Below are positions 1 through 9,488 of a stretch of 64,000 bases of DNA, piece after piece. The DNA comes from a virus, in the IMG/VR virus record IMGVR_UViG_3300020404_001578, positions 64,001 through 128,000 of that record. The stretch is one strand, 5' to 3'. The translations under genes and the position numbers were made by a program. The notes under the pieces were generated by a model. It made no database searches. It was given only the letters and a program-made list of their open reading frames with translations, and was not told where the DNA came from. Position 1 is the stretch's first letter. Each line of letters begins with the position of its first letter.

Positions 1-537
1 TCTTTGTTGCTCCTCTAGTGATAGTGCTTGGAACTTAGCCTGTTGTACAATTTGCATTGCTTGAGCATCTGCTTGTTGAATCTCTTGAGCGATTTGCTGT
101 AGAGGAACCATGTTAGCGATAATCATGTCAATGTTCTCGTCTGTAATAGTTGAATACCCCGCTTCAACTGCCTTTTCAGCATTGATGAAGTTGGTTGTGG
201 TCATATCACTATTGAAGAACGCAAACAATTCTTTGCGTACGATAGTAGTGATTAGGTTTGCAAGTTCAGCGATAAAGACAGGCTGATTCCTTTCGTTTAG
301 ATGATGTAAAAAGAAAGTACTTACTTCGTTAGGATGGGCAGCAAACAAATGGTAGATTTTACCTAATTGGTCTTCGTTACCAAGTGGTCCTCCGACCATA
401 CCCATTGCTGCGCCTGCTATTTGTTGGTCTAGTCCTGTTTGTTGGGCAACATTCATTGCTTCTCCAAACATTGTCCCTAGTGTATTTCCTTGTCCTGTAC
501 CTGTAGGTTGTAGTGAGTTACCCCAATTATTCGCCAT
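1..537 (-). CDS. Hypothetical Gln/Ala-rich helical protein, 3'-truncated by window edge
   Basis: Not in the ORF track. ATG at 537 (MANNWGNSLQPTGTGQ...), GAGGTG RBS at 545-550, frame open to base 1, overlaps the stop of the upstream gene. Confidence 0.75.
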   Translation of the reverse strand, partial: MANNWGNSLQPTGTGQGNTLGTMFGEAMNVAQQTGLDQQIAGAAMGMVGGPLGNEDQLGKIYHLFAAHPNEVSTFFLHHLNERNQPVFIAELANLITTIVRKELFAFFNSDMTTTNFINAEKAVEAGYSTITDENIDMIIANMVPLQQIAQEIQQADAQAMQIVQQAKFQALSLEEQQR

Positions 538-1309
538 TATTTTGCACCTCCGGCTTGTCCGCCTCTGGTGGACCGACTACATAATCAGTTTCAAGTGTTG
601 TGCCTTGAATTTGCTTGGTTTGTAGTAGTCTTTCATCAAAGACTAGGGTAGTGATATCGTTTTCACCTGTAATTGGATTCTTGTATCTAATGATTGGTAT
701 GCCATCTCTTTGCGCTTCATCAAATACTGGGGCCCACTTTGCAAGTAGAGGGTGTTCAGGAGTCTTAGACTTCTTCTTTACTACTGGTACAAATGCTACG
801 CCTCGCTTCTTCATTCGCTTGAAGAATCCTTTGTCATGGGAATGTTCCTCTTGTTGAATCCATCCTTGAAGTAAATGGTACAGTTGTAGATGTTGGGGAC
901 ATAATGTAGAAGGTAGTTGCATACCTGAGCCATATAGTACTCCAGTCCATGCTCTAAAGGGTACAATGTTTCCTTTACCATCTGTCATATATTGTTCCCA
1001 TAAGTCCCCGTAGTCTTGGTGTCTACAGTCTGAACCATCTACTGCGCATTGGTGAGGTTGCATATACTTGTACCTCAATCCTCCGCCAATAAATGGAATC
1101 CATTGTGTACCGGGCAATGTATACCATCTTTTAGTCGGCTTTAGTGCCTTGATTGCGTTCTTTATGTTCTGTTTGCGTGCCTTATCTGGGTCAGGGTGGT
1201 CGCTGAAATCAAATTCTACGACAGGCACTACGGCGTCATAGTTTACATCTCCATTTGCTTGTGGCATATTATTCATTAGTTCCAATAGTCTTTTCTCTCT
1301 GTAATTCAT
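527..1309 (-). CDS. Hypothetical protein, possible metal-binding Cys/His cluster
   Basis: 260 aa; HQCAVDGSDC...LCPQH; translationally coupled to the GTPase gene. Confidence 0.75.
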   Translation of the reverse strand: MNYREKRLLELMNNMPQANGDVNYDAVVPVVEFDFSDHPDPDKARKQNIKNAIKALKPTKRWYTLPGTQWIPFIGGGLRYKYMQPHQCAVDGSDCRHQDYGDLWEQYMTDGKGNIVPFRAWTGVLYGSGMQLPSTLCPQHLQLYHLLQGWIQQEEHSHDKGFFKRMKKRGVAFVPVVKKKSKTPEHPLLAKWAPVFDEAQRDGIPIIRYKNPITGENDITTLVFDERLLQTKQIQGTTLETDYVVGPPEADKPEVQNNGE

Positions 1310-2034
1310 TGTGTAACCCCCATTGCTTTCATTAGCGTTTCTTGCACATTGAAGTTACGTATCGCTGATACTGCATCAATGTGAACGGGAATGCGCATTT
1401 CTTGTAACAAGAATAGATGTTCTCTAAAAACATCAAATATGGGGTGATTGGCGATTAGACCATGTTCCCACATGGCCCAATCTTCGTCTTTTACTAACCA
1501 TTCATCGGCCTTATTTGCCAACAGTATGATTTTCTCTGGCCGGTATTTTCTCCTTCTGAATCTAGTCCACATACCTAGTGCCTTTGGGGGTTTCTTTGAA
1601 GCAAGTGCTTCAACTAAATATCCTAATGCAACTTGATTATCTGTATTATCTTCATCTAGTAAGTGCCTGTGGTCAATAACTACAACTACCGCTTTGATTT
1701 TACGCTCGTACATATCCTTTAGCCACATATACTGGTATTCTTCATGTCCCCCAATATCACGACTAACGACGGTCTTTTTACGACCTTTACTTACTAATCG
1801 CTTTGCACTTGCTTCTGGCATTCTATGTTTAGACGAGAATGCTTTCAGTTTATGATGTGTTCTTTGATTGTCGCCTAATGGTCTAATCAGTCCCGGTGTG
1901 GTTAATTGTTTATCCAATGTCGTCTTACCTGTCATTGATGCCCCATAGACGCCAATATCATACCTAATGTACTCTTTGATTTTGTCAATGAGAGCAATTA
2001 CTGTGTGTGCAAAGACAATCTCGGTTGAGCCCAT
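1306..2034 (-). CDS. Ras-like small GTPase (Arf/Rab/Roc-type P-loop GTPase)
   Basis: G1 GASMTGKTT, G3 DIGG, G4 NKAD and G5 SAI are present in the correct order and spacing. Confidence 0.85.
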   Translation of the reverse strand: MGSTEIVFAHTVIALIDKIKEYIRYDIGVYGASMTGKTTLDKQLTTPGLIRPLGDNQRTHHKLKAFSSKHRMPEASAKRLVSKGRKKTVVSRDIGGHEEYQYMWLKDMYERKIKAVVVVIDHRHLLDEDNTDNQVALGYLVEALASKKPPKALGMWTRFRRRKYRPEKIILLANKADEWLVKDEDWAMWEHGLIANHPIFDVFREHLFLLQEMRIPVHIDAVSAIRNFNVQETLMKAMGVTQ

Positions 2035-2038
2035 CTAA

Positions 2039-2257
2039 TCACCCCAAAATCCAAGATAGGATTCCTCCGTAGTCGGTTCCTTTGTAGATAGCGTAGTCTA
2101 TACCTGCGGTTACTGCCATACCTGTTAGCGTTGCCACTGTTCCCCAGATAAACGCCTTGATTTTCAAGTATCTAAACTGCCAAGTTTGGCCCACGAATAT
2201 AGTTTCCATCAAGCCTTCTTGTTGGTCGTCTTTCAGGTCTTTGAATATCTTGACCAT
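2039..2257 (-). CDS. Small membrane protein
   Basis: 72 aa with hydrophobic segment AFIWGTVATLTGMAVTAGI; sits in the GTPase operon. Confidence 0.7.
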   Translation of the reverse strand: MVKIFKDLKDDQQEGLMETIFVGQTWQFRYLKIKAFIWGTVATLTGMAVTAGIDYAIYKGTDYGGILSWILG

Positions 2258-2343
2258 AATTTATCCCCTGTGTTGCCAACATAGCGTTCCATTTTTTACA
2301 TTTCTTTTGCATTGTTCCCCAGTCATGGTGGTTCCTACACATC

Positions 2344-3117
2344 TTACTCCGTGTGTAGAATGTCGTTCGCTCCGCTTGGCATCAGGTTTGCCTGTGAGGG
2401 TTGCGTAGATATTGATTCCGCAGGTATGGTTGGTGCCGAAGCCACTGGTTGCATATTGTATTCTGGGACTAGACTTGGCCCTACGGGTATACCCATAACT
2501 CGGTGTCTGTCCATTCCCATCGCTTTTGGGTCTAGACTCACCTGTTGTTGGGGTTGTTGCTGTGCTTGTGGTGCTTTCATCTGATTAATCATACTTTGAA
2601 TATTAGCCATCTGTTGTTGAAGCATAGCATCTTCTTGGCTATCAATAACTCCATCATTAGCAAGTGAGTTTTGTAGCATTAGTTGGAATTGAGCCATTTG
2701 ACTTTGTAGCATTAACTCTTGCTGACTCTTCTCTACTTGGAATTTCATGGCCGCCATCTTGCGCCTATTACCGCTACGCATCTTCTTTAGTTGTCTACGG
2801 TGGCTAGCACTGTCTTCAAACATGGCACGGTAAACAAAGTAGAATCCTGCTTGTACGGAGAATCCTGCGAAACCATAGAAGATAGCGGACTCATAGGCCG
2901 TATTGAAATGACTCCATGTCCATTCTTGGTACAGGAGAATACATAGTGCAAGCATCAATGCTTGGAATAGCATTGTACCTAACAAGTGCAATTCACGTTC
3001 ACGTTGTTGCTCTTTGTACTCTTCCATCTCACTAGAGATATCACCATCCATTCCCATTACGGCTCCTAGTACTGGATTAGCAGCAAATCCGATTGGGCTA
3101 TCAGGACCTAACGGCAT
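2344..3117 (-). CDS. Membrane protein (2 TM) with Gln/Met-rich coiled coil
   Basis: Two hydrophobic helices followed by a Q-rich tail; GAGGTG RBS upstream. Confidence 0.75.
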   Translation of the reverse strand: MPLGPDSPIGFAANPVLGAVMGMDGDISSEMEEYKEQQRERELHLLGTMLFQALMLALCILLYQEWTWSHFNTAYESAIFYGFAGFSVQAGFYFVYRAMFEDSASHRRQLKKMRSGNRRKMAAMKFQVEKSQQELMLQSQMAQFQLMLQNSLANDGVIDSQEDAMLQQQMANIQSMINQMKAPQAQQQPQQQVSLDPKAMGMDRHRVMGIPVGPSLVPEYNMQPVASAPTIPAESISTQPSQANLMPSGANDILHTE

Positions 3118-3310
3118 CTCTAGCCACCTCCAACAGTCCTACTATTTCTATTCGGGTAGAATTGTTTGCAGTATGCATTGTCAATTCTCCATTAGGTTGG
3201 ACTACGATGGTTAGGAATCTAAGTCCTGTTTCATGTAGATGGGTCAGTCCATTGACTAGCCCTTCTGGTAGGCCACCATTGTTTTGCTCTTGTCTTACTT
3301 CTTCTGTCAT
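3101..3310 (-). CDS. Small hypothetical protein
   Basis: 69 aa, fills the gap between the thermosome gene and the next gene. Confidence 0.6.
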   Translation of the reverse strand: MTEEVRQEQNNGGLPEGLVNGLTHLHETGLRFLTIVVQPNGELTMHTANNSTRIEIVGLLEVARDAVRS

Positions 3311-3316
3311 TTATTT

Positions 3317-4855
3317 TCACGCTCCAAATTGATTCGGGTCCCTTGCTTGAATGATATTGTCAATTCTCAGGATTTGTATGGCGGCTGTGGTCGCAGACTT
3401 TAGTCCGACCTCAAGTACGCCCATCGGTTCTATTACTTCGTACGGGTTCCCCGTGATTACTCCACCATTAGCCACATTCAAGAAAGCATCGGTGTTTCCT
3501 TGACCATGTGCTGCTCTTAAGTTAATTACTGAAAGACGAGGGTTATGTCCACAGTTTTTGGCTAATGTTAGAGGAATAATTTCAAGTGCCTTAGCATAGG
3601 CTTCAACCGCCAACTGCTCAAGACCTTCAACGGTATTTGCTACCTGTTGTACGTGTAGTGCCATACTTACTTGTGGTGCGCCACCACCTGTTACTACTTC
3701 TGATGAAGTATGTGCTAACCATGTTACACCGATTGCGTCGTCAAGCGCACGGGCTACTTCATCGGCAGCCTCTTGACTTGGTCCAGTGCATAGAACTGAA
3801 TGACGTTGTTGGTTATCATTTAGTTTTGCAAGATGTAGTACGGGTTTATCCCATGATGGAAGAGTATGTTCATAGATTTCTCCACAGTGTCCTAGGTCTT
3901 CCTTTTCTAAATCACCAATACTTGATACAATCATACCGCCTGTTGCCTCGGCAATCAATTCTAGTAGGCTAGCATTACAACGGCGGATAGCCATCATGTC
4001 ATTGCGAGCAAAGTATTCTGAAAGCACTGGGTCAATGTCCTTGCCTCCTACGACTACACTAACGCCTAGATTTTTTAGATGCTCTCCAATGGCTAGAATG
4101 TCAGCCTTACGCTTTTGTGAGTAAGCATCAGCGTCAGCACCTGTTTGGAAGTTTACATTGACTCCTTCGGTGAATCTTGGAATTAGAATATCACAGTCAA
4201 ACAAAGCAATCTTTGCATCAACAATGTGTTCAACCATACCGTGATTCATTTTCTGTTTGTCAATGATAATTCCATCTGCAAGGTCATATGAATCAGTAAT
4301 AGAAGAACCGGGGCGGATAACCATGTTCACGTTAGATGGTTTGGTCTTCTTTGCAGCATTGATACACATCTGAGTTAGATGCTCCTTTGCCGTACCTGCT
4401 TGCTTACCAGACATTGCAGTGCCTGCAATTTGTTCTAGTGTGAAGTCCTTTAGTGCGAGAGTCTTGAGATGTTCAAGTGCGGCGTTCTTTCCGATTTCAA
4501 ATCCATCTTCAATCTGAGCCACATGGACACCGTCTTTCATCAGTATCTCGGCTTGACGACATAATTCGCCGGCCAATAGAATACCACTAGTTGTACCGTC
4601 GTATGCTTCGCTTTCAATAGTGCGAGCAAGACCTACAACAATCTTGGTGGTTGGGTGTTCAAACTTCGTTTCTCTTAGGATAGTTGCGCCGTCGTTAGTA
4701 AAGGTGGCACTGCCTGTATTGTCTACAAGCATCTTATCTCGGCCACGGGGACCAAGTGATGAGGCCACTAAGTTAGCCATTTGCTTTACAACGTCAATGT
4801 TAATCTCTTCGGCGGTTCTAACCTGACTCTGGGTACCATCAATAGCGTTTGCCAT
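3317..4855 (-). CDS. ths: Group II chaperonin (thermosome subunit)
   Basis: SSLGPRGRDKMLVD, TNDGATIL, YDGTTS, GGGAPQ and ILRIDNII are CCT/thermosome signatures. Confidence 0.95.
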   Translation of the reverse strand: MANAIDGTQSQVRTAEEINIDVVKQMANLVASSLGPRGRDKMLVDNTGSATFTNDGATILRETKFEHPTTKIVVGLARTIESEAYDGTTSGILLAGELCRQAEILMKDGVHVAQIEDGFEIGKNAALEHLKTLALKDFTLEQIAGTAMSGKQAGTAKEHLTQMCINAAKKTKPSNVNMVIRPGSSITDSYDLADGIIIDKQKMNHGMVEHIVDAKIALFDCDILIPRFTEGVNVNFQTGADADAYSQKRKADILAIGEHLKNLGVSVVVGGKDIDPVLSEYFARNDMMAIRRCNASLLELIAEATGGMIVSSIGDLEKEDLGHCGEIYEHTLPSWDKPVLHLAKLNDNQQRHSVLCTGPSQEAADEVARALDDAIGVTWLAHTSSEVVTGGGAPQVSMALHVQQVANTVEGLEQLAVEAYAKALEIIPLTLAKNCGHNPRLSVINLRAAHGQGNTDAFLNVANGGVITGNPYEVIEPMGVLEVGLKSATTAAIQILRIDNIIQARDPNQFGA

Positions 4856-4868
4856 GAACTGTCCTTCT

Positions 4869-4888
4869 TACAAGTAGGTCATAAAGAA
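4869..4888 (-). promoter_or_regulatory. Class I promoter element TTCTTTATGACCTACTTGTA
   Basis: Ends 13 nt before the thermosome ATG; 19/20 identical to 10157-10176. Confidence 0.7.
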
Positions 4889-4890
4889 AC

Positions 4891-5187
4891 CTAAACATCT
4901 TCAAAGGTAATATCTTTATTTTGTTGTTTGAAGTTGTTGTAACAGATGGCGATAATGTTCTCTTTGTCTTTACCCCCTGTAAGGTCTGTCTTCATTCTGT
5001 AGTTTGCGTGTTCAATAGGCGTCTTGTCTAGCCTACGGGCTGCCCTATCAGCAAAGACAGCCATAGTGTAACTAGTGTACCACTTCTTGCGTTCCTGTAC
5101 CCATTCATGGGTAATATCAATCACCTTGAAGAATGCTTTCTCAAGTTTGATTCCATGTATTGTTTCGTATTGTCCTTCTAATGCCAT
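4891..5187 (-). CDS. Small hypothetical protein, possible fibre-associated protein
   Basis: About 98 aa (MALEG...), end of the fibre gene cluster. Confidence 0.6.
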   Translation of the reverse strand: MALEGQYETIHGIKLEKAFFKVIDITHEWVQERKKWYTSYTMAVFADRAARRLDKTPIEHANYRMKTDLTGGKDKENIIAICYNNFKQQNKDITFEDV

Positions 5188-5639
5188 TTCCACATCACCT
5201 TTACTTTTACTTTCATGCTTGACCCGTGTCTCTCGGATGCATCCAATATTCTAACAAGATGCTTTTTCCTAGTAAACGTAGATTTCCTAGCAAGTGTTCC
5301 TGTCTTTGGACAGATTTTTGCTATTGAGGTCAATTCATTGAAAATCTGCTGGTCAATAACTAGCGTTCCAATGGGTGAGATATCTACCCATTGCGCAGCA
5401 GGGTCGCCTCTAACTGATTCTCCAGAACTAATACCAATAGGATTCTTACCACCAATGACTAGTTTGTTTTCGTCATTAAATGAAACAAATAAACCGCTAC
5501 GGTCTTCAGCATCAGGGTTACTGTCAGCCCATTCAAGGCGTATCTGATTTCCTATGTAATCTTCGTATCCTGCATGGGGTGTGTACTTGTGGTCTAAACC
5601 AACAGCATACGGGTCTTCCATGTACAGTCGTGTATTCAA
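5178..5639 (-). CDS. Hypothetical protein
   Basis: 153 aa ORF in the minus-strand operon. Confidence 0.6.
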   Translation of the reverse strand: MNTRLYMEDPYAVGLDHKYTPHAGYEDYIGNQIRLEWADSNPDAEDRSGLFVSFNDENKLVIGGKNPIGISSGESVRGDPAAQWVDISPIGTLVIDQQIFNELTSIAKICPKTGTLARKSTFTRKKHLVRILDASERHGSSMKVKVKVMWKWH

Positions 5640-5662
5640 CTCGGTCTTAATAATTCAGTATA

Positions 5663-6076
5663 TCAATTATCTGCGTAGTTACGTAGATTGGTGGCTAGAA
5701 GTGCTTTCGCATCATTTTTATTGATTCTGCCCTGATTCTTTGTTTGGTTGCGCTGATTAAATTGCTGCTTCAAAGAGTTTTGCAAGGTCTTCCCAGTACC
5801 TTGACCGTGGATAAACTCGTAGATGTCTACGAAGTCGGGATTCAATGGGAATTTGAAAAACTCACTTGCAAATTTTTGTTGTTGTAGTTGTTGGATAGCA
5901 CTCGTACTAACTGCTGCCGCAGCAACTTGTTCCATGCTTAGTATGCGAACATACAAATCTCTTACTTGGTCGTCATCCAAAGGTTGCTTTGCATCAGTCC
6001 TTGCTTTTTCTTTGAATAGTTGTTGTCCTATTTTTGTATTAAACGCTATGTTTGCTTTATTCTTTACATTTACCAT
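5663..6076 (-). CDS. Hypothetical protein
   Basis: 137 aa, GGTGA RBS upstream. Confidence 0.7.
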   Translation of the reverse strand: MVNVKNKANIAFNTKIGQQLFKEKARTDAKQPLDDDQVRDLYVRILSMEQVAAAAVSTSAIQQLQQQKFASEFFKFPLNPDFVDIYEFIHGQGTGKTLQNSLKQQFNQRNQTKNQGRINKNDAKALLATNLRNYADN

Positions 6077-6085
6077 GTTATCACC

Positions 6086-6646
6086 TTATATTGCGAACGT
6101 ATCATTGAAGAACCTTATTGCGGGAAAGGATAGTGAACCCGCTCTACCTGTGGCATTTTCAGTAACCTGTGCTGACATAGTGAAGAAAGGGCTATATGTG
6201 CCACTTGGGGGTGAGAAGGCACATGCACCACCAGAAGCAAAACTACCGAACTGAACTGATAAGTCGGAAATACCTTTAGCATTAAACGCACTCAAATTCC
6301 ACTGATTACAAAAGTCACCGAATCCTTTCTGAATTGAATAAACAAAGGTGTAATTCGGGTCAAGTGGGCTACCACTCCATGCAGTGGCTCCGTTGCCAAG
6401 TACGCTTGTGATTTCTATAGTCGCTGCATCTTGCCAATTGTAGACAGACCCTGCAACGATTGGGGGATTGTTTGGCATATTTGTTTGAGGGTCTGTAGAG
6501 GTGATAATCATTTCATTGTTATTAGTACTATACGTTGAAAAACCGGGATTTGGATTTGCATTACCGAATATGCCACCTAAAACTCCCTGTATTTGCAATG
6601 ACGGTGTTTGGTTAGAAGTTACTCCGTGGTGGATGGTTATACTCAT
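6086..6646 (-). CDS. Beta-rich virion protein candidate
   Basis: Likely start MSITIHH at 6646; G/S/N/T-rich; directly follows the fibre gene. Confidence 0.6.
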   Translation of the reverse strand: MSITIHHGVTSNQTPSLQIQGVLGGIFGNANPNPGFSTYSTNNNEMIITSTDPQTNMPNNPPIVAGSVYNWQDAATIEITSVLGNGATAWSGSPLDPNYTFVYSIQKGFGDFCNQWNLSAFNAKGISDLSVQFGSFASGGACAFSPPSGTYSPFFTMSAQVTENATGRAGSLSFPAIRFFNDTFAI

Positions 6647-6650
6647 TTTA

Positions 6651-9470
6651 TCAACCCCACATGAATCCAGTAGATTGAATACCTTCAATTATAACCAATG
6701 ATGAAGCCTTGAATTGTGTGCTATTAGTGAAACTGGTTCCCCCGTTTATTGTTAGATTGGCTACATCGCTACTTGATATTGTATATGCGCCTCCGTCTGT
6801 ATTTACGAAGATTAAGTGAAATGCTTCTTCTGTTGCTCCAACCACTGTGTTTGGAAGATAATTTTGACCGTATTGCCCAGTGGCATCTATTTCCACTGTA
6901 CCGCCAGTGCCTTGGGGAAATGAACTGAGGAACACTATTGTCCCTGAATTGACTTCATTGGTACCAAGAGTAGGGGTTGCGCCGGGTAATATGGGTGTAA
7001 TCAAGGGGCTAGAAAAACTGGTACAGAATGCTTGGCTTACCTTTGCCATTCCAGAAAAGTGTATTCCTCTGTCATCTGTTGTTGTGAGATGGCCGTCTAA
7101 AGCATGTAACTCTATCAAGTCGCCGCCTGAGTCACTTAGAACTCTAACTCCATTACCTCCCCTCACGGTTAGAGTATCTGTTGTACTATCGGCTACAACA
7201 TTCGCCTGTGCTGCTAACGGGGCGAGTGGGAATCTGTTTGCTGTACTGTTTAGGAATGTAATAGTTTCAAAGGCATTGCCACCGCCTCCGCTACCGCCTC
7301 CTGCTAATGTTGTTCCATCTGTAATTTGAATATCGTCACCTGCGTCAGTTGTGAAGTAGAGTTCGGTAGGTGATTCATTCTTAACCCATAACTGCCCATA
7401 TCCTGTTGTATCGCTCTTTGCACTCGCTCTTTCTCCAATCTTAAGTGGACCATCAAATTGGGCTTCGTGGTCTGTACCGTCTTTATCGGAATAGAACATG
7501 AACGCATTGGTATTAGTGCCTACTTGCTTTATGAGAAAGTAGCCATCGCTGAACTCATTAGCGTTTCTAAATACACGAACTTCTTGGTTTTGTCCTGTAA
7601 CTGCTTTAGCATCTAAATCTAATAAACACTCTTCGCTCGCTGTTTGATTTTCTGCTATGATTTGTGCGTGTGAATCTTGCAGTCCTTTAACCTTAAGAGT
7701 TCCAGTCTCAGTCCCTTGTTGTAGCGTAATAGTTGGGTCGGCTGCTGCAACAATATGCAACTCAGTAGTAGGTGCGCTAGTGCCTATACCGACCAAACCT
7801 GCATCGTCAATAATCATCCTCTCGGTACCTGCAGTATCAAACCGAATTTTGTTTTCATCGGTTGATTGTTCAACCTGTATCTTTGTATTATCATCAGCGT
7901 CACGTATAGTTGTAAATGTCACTGCTGCAAGTTGAGTATCTACATATCCTTTAGTTGCAGCATCATTGTTATCGGATGGAGTACCTACTCTTAGTTGAGT
8001 ATCTACGAAGGTACTGTTAGTTGGTGCGTTGTTGGCAATCTGACAACGGAATGCATCTACAGAATCATCCCAAACGAATCTAGTGATTGCAATGTCTGTA
8101 CCACTGTTTTGACCTCGGTCCACTTGGAACCCAGATACGCTACCAGTTACACCTGCGCCTGCATTGTTAGTTTCTCCTTGATTTAATTGAAGAACAGGGT
8201 CCGCATGGCTTACTGTTGTTGATGATACTGTTGTAGTTGAACCAGATATTGTTAAGTCTCCATTAATTGTTACTGCTCCTTCAAACACTGCTGATTTGTC
8301 ATCACCACTGATTGTTACTGCAGTTGCATATGAGTTGAAATTGGCACCGCTACTTCCCGAGGGTGTAACTTGTAATAGAATATCTCCTCCCTTTCCTGTT
8401 CCTTTACCTCCGCCACCACGTAGTTCTAAGTCCCCTCCTGAAAGGTTAGGGTCTGCTCCTATTCCGGCTGAACCGGCGTAGATTCTCAGGTCTACACCTG
8501 CTAACGCCCCGGAGCGTCCGGTTGCGCCAATTTGAGTAGAACCGATAACCGCAGTACCGAGAACAACGTCGCTTGTCAGGAATACGTCGGCATTGGCGTT
8601 TGGTGAAATTATGATGTGTTGGTTGGCGCCTGTGTTTGATATCGTGTTGTGATTGAAGTTGAGATTATCTACATCTAGGCTACCAACTATGTCTACATCA
8701 CCTGTTAGGGTGGTGTCGCCTGTTATGGTGGCATCACCAACTACATCTAATGCATTGGTGGCTCCAGATGCACCGGATGGGTTGATGTGAACACCATTAG
8801 CATTTACCATTAGTACCCGGGTATCTGCCACTACTAAGCCAAGTTGGTTTAGTGCAGTATGTTGAATACCTGTATCAGTATCACTGGCAAATGTGTAAGT
8901 CAAAGCATTTGTGTTAGTTGTATGTGTTTGTGTCGCAAAGATACTTCCTACTTCGCCTATTGCTGCGGCTACAGAACCGACTTGAAATGCAAACTTATCA
9001 GTTGTTTCATTCCAGATGAAATTTACGTTATCTTCATCTCCACGTTCCACTTCAAATCCTGCGCTCTCTGTTGGACCGGCCCCAGAGAAGTCTGAATTGA
9101 GAACTATCTTTGAGTCGCCTATATTGACTGTATTACTGTCTAGTGTTGTTGTGGTGCTTACGATTAACTCTCCTGAAACCGTTAGATTGGCAACTGTTAG
9201 TCTACCTGCTGACGAGTCTGATGTTTTGCTATACACCATGCCGGTATGTCCGCCTAAAGTGGTACCTCCATCATTAAATTGTACTTGTGTATCTGAACCG
9301 CCAACAGATGTACCACCTGCGGGTCCTTGTAGTGTCAGTTCACCATTAGTAATAGAGAAGGTATCAAAGTTACCTATATTCTTTATTCTATGGATACGTC
9401 CATCAATGACACCATCATTGTTCGTATCTACTGATATTCCCGGTGATGATACTTTTGATGTGTATGGCAT
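6651..9470 (-). CDS. Fibre/spike-like adhesin (receptor-binding protein candidate)
   Basis: 939 aa, G/T/S-rich. Segments GSDTQVQFNDGG, GFEVERG/GFQVDRG, DAATKGYVD and DADDNTKIQVE...GTERMIIDDAGLVGIGTSAPTTELHI are typical of viral fibre proteins. Confidence 0.75.
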   Translation of the reverse strand: MPYTSKVSSPGISVDTNNDGVIDGRIHRIKNIGNFDTFSITNGELTLQGPAGGTSVGGSDTQVQFNDGGTTLGGHTGMVYSKTSDSSAGRLTVANLTVSGELIVSTTTTLDSNTVNIGDSKIVLNSDFSGAGPTESAGFEVERGDEDNVNFIWNETTDKFAFQVGSVAAAIGEVGSIFATQTHTTNTNALTYTFASDTDTGIQHTALNQLGLVVADTRVLMVNANGVHINPSGASGATNALDVVGDATITGDTTLTGDVDIVGSLDVDNLNFNHNTISNTGANQHIIISPNANADVFLTSDVVLGTAVIGSTQIGATGRSGALAGVDLRIYAGSAGIGADPNLSGGDLELRGGGGKGTGKGGDILLQVTPSGSSGANFNSYATAVTISGDDKSAVFEGAVTINGDLTISGSTTTVSSTTVSHADPVLQLNQGETNNAGAGVTGSVSGFQVDRGQNSGTDIAITRFVWDDSVDAFRCQIANNAPTNSTFVDTQLRVGTPSDNNDAATKGYVDTQLAAVTFTTIRDADDNTKIQVEQSTDENKIRFDTAGTERMIIDDAGLVGIGTSAPTTELHIVAAADPTITLQQGTETGTLKVKGLQDSHAQIIAENQTASEECLLDLDAKAVTGQNQEVRVFRNANEFSDGYFLIKQVGTNTNAFMFYSDKDGTDHEAQFDGPLKIGERASAKSDTTGYGQLWVKNESPTELYFTTDAGDDIQITDGTTLAGGGSGGGGNAFETITFLNSTANRFPLAPLAAQANVVADSTTDTLTVRGGNGVRVLSDSGGDLIELHALDGHLTTTDDRGIHFSGMAKVSQAFCTSFSSPLITPILPGATPTLGTNEVNSGTIVFLSSFPQGTGGTVEIDATGQYGQNYLPNTVVGATEEAFHLIFVNTDGGAYTISSSDVANLTINGGTSFTNSTQFKASSLVIIEGIQSTGFMWG

Positions 9471-9488
9471 TTAGGCCTCCCTCCCGGC

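Noticed and set aside
3317-9470. Assignment to head-tailed magroviruses based on thermosome and fibre
   Set aside because: No terminase, portal, HK97 capsid or tail genes in 64 kb, and the ATPase is FtsK/HerA type. Cannot be fully excluded without the rest of the contig.
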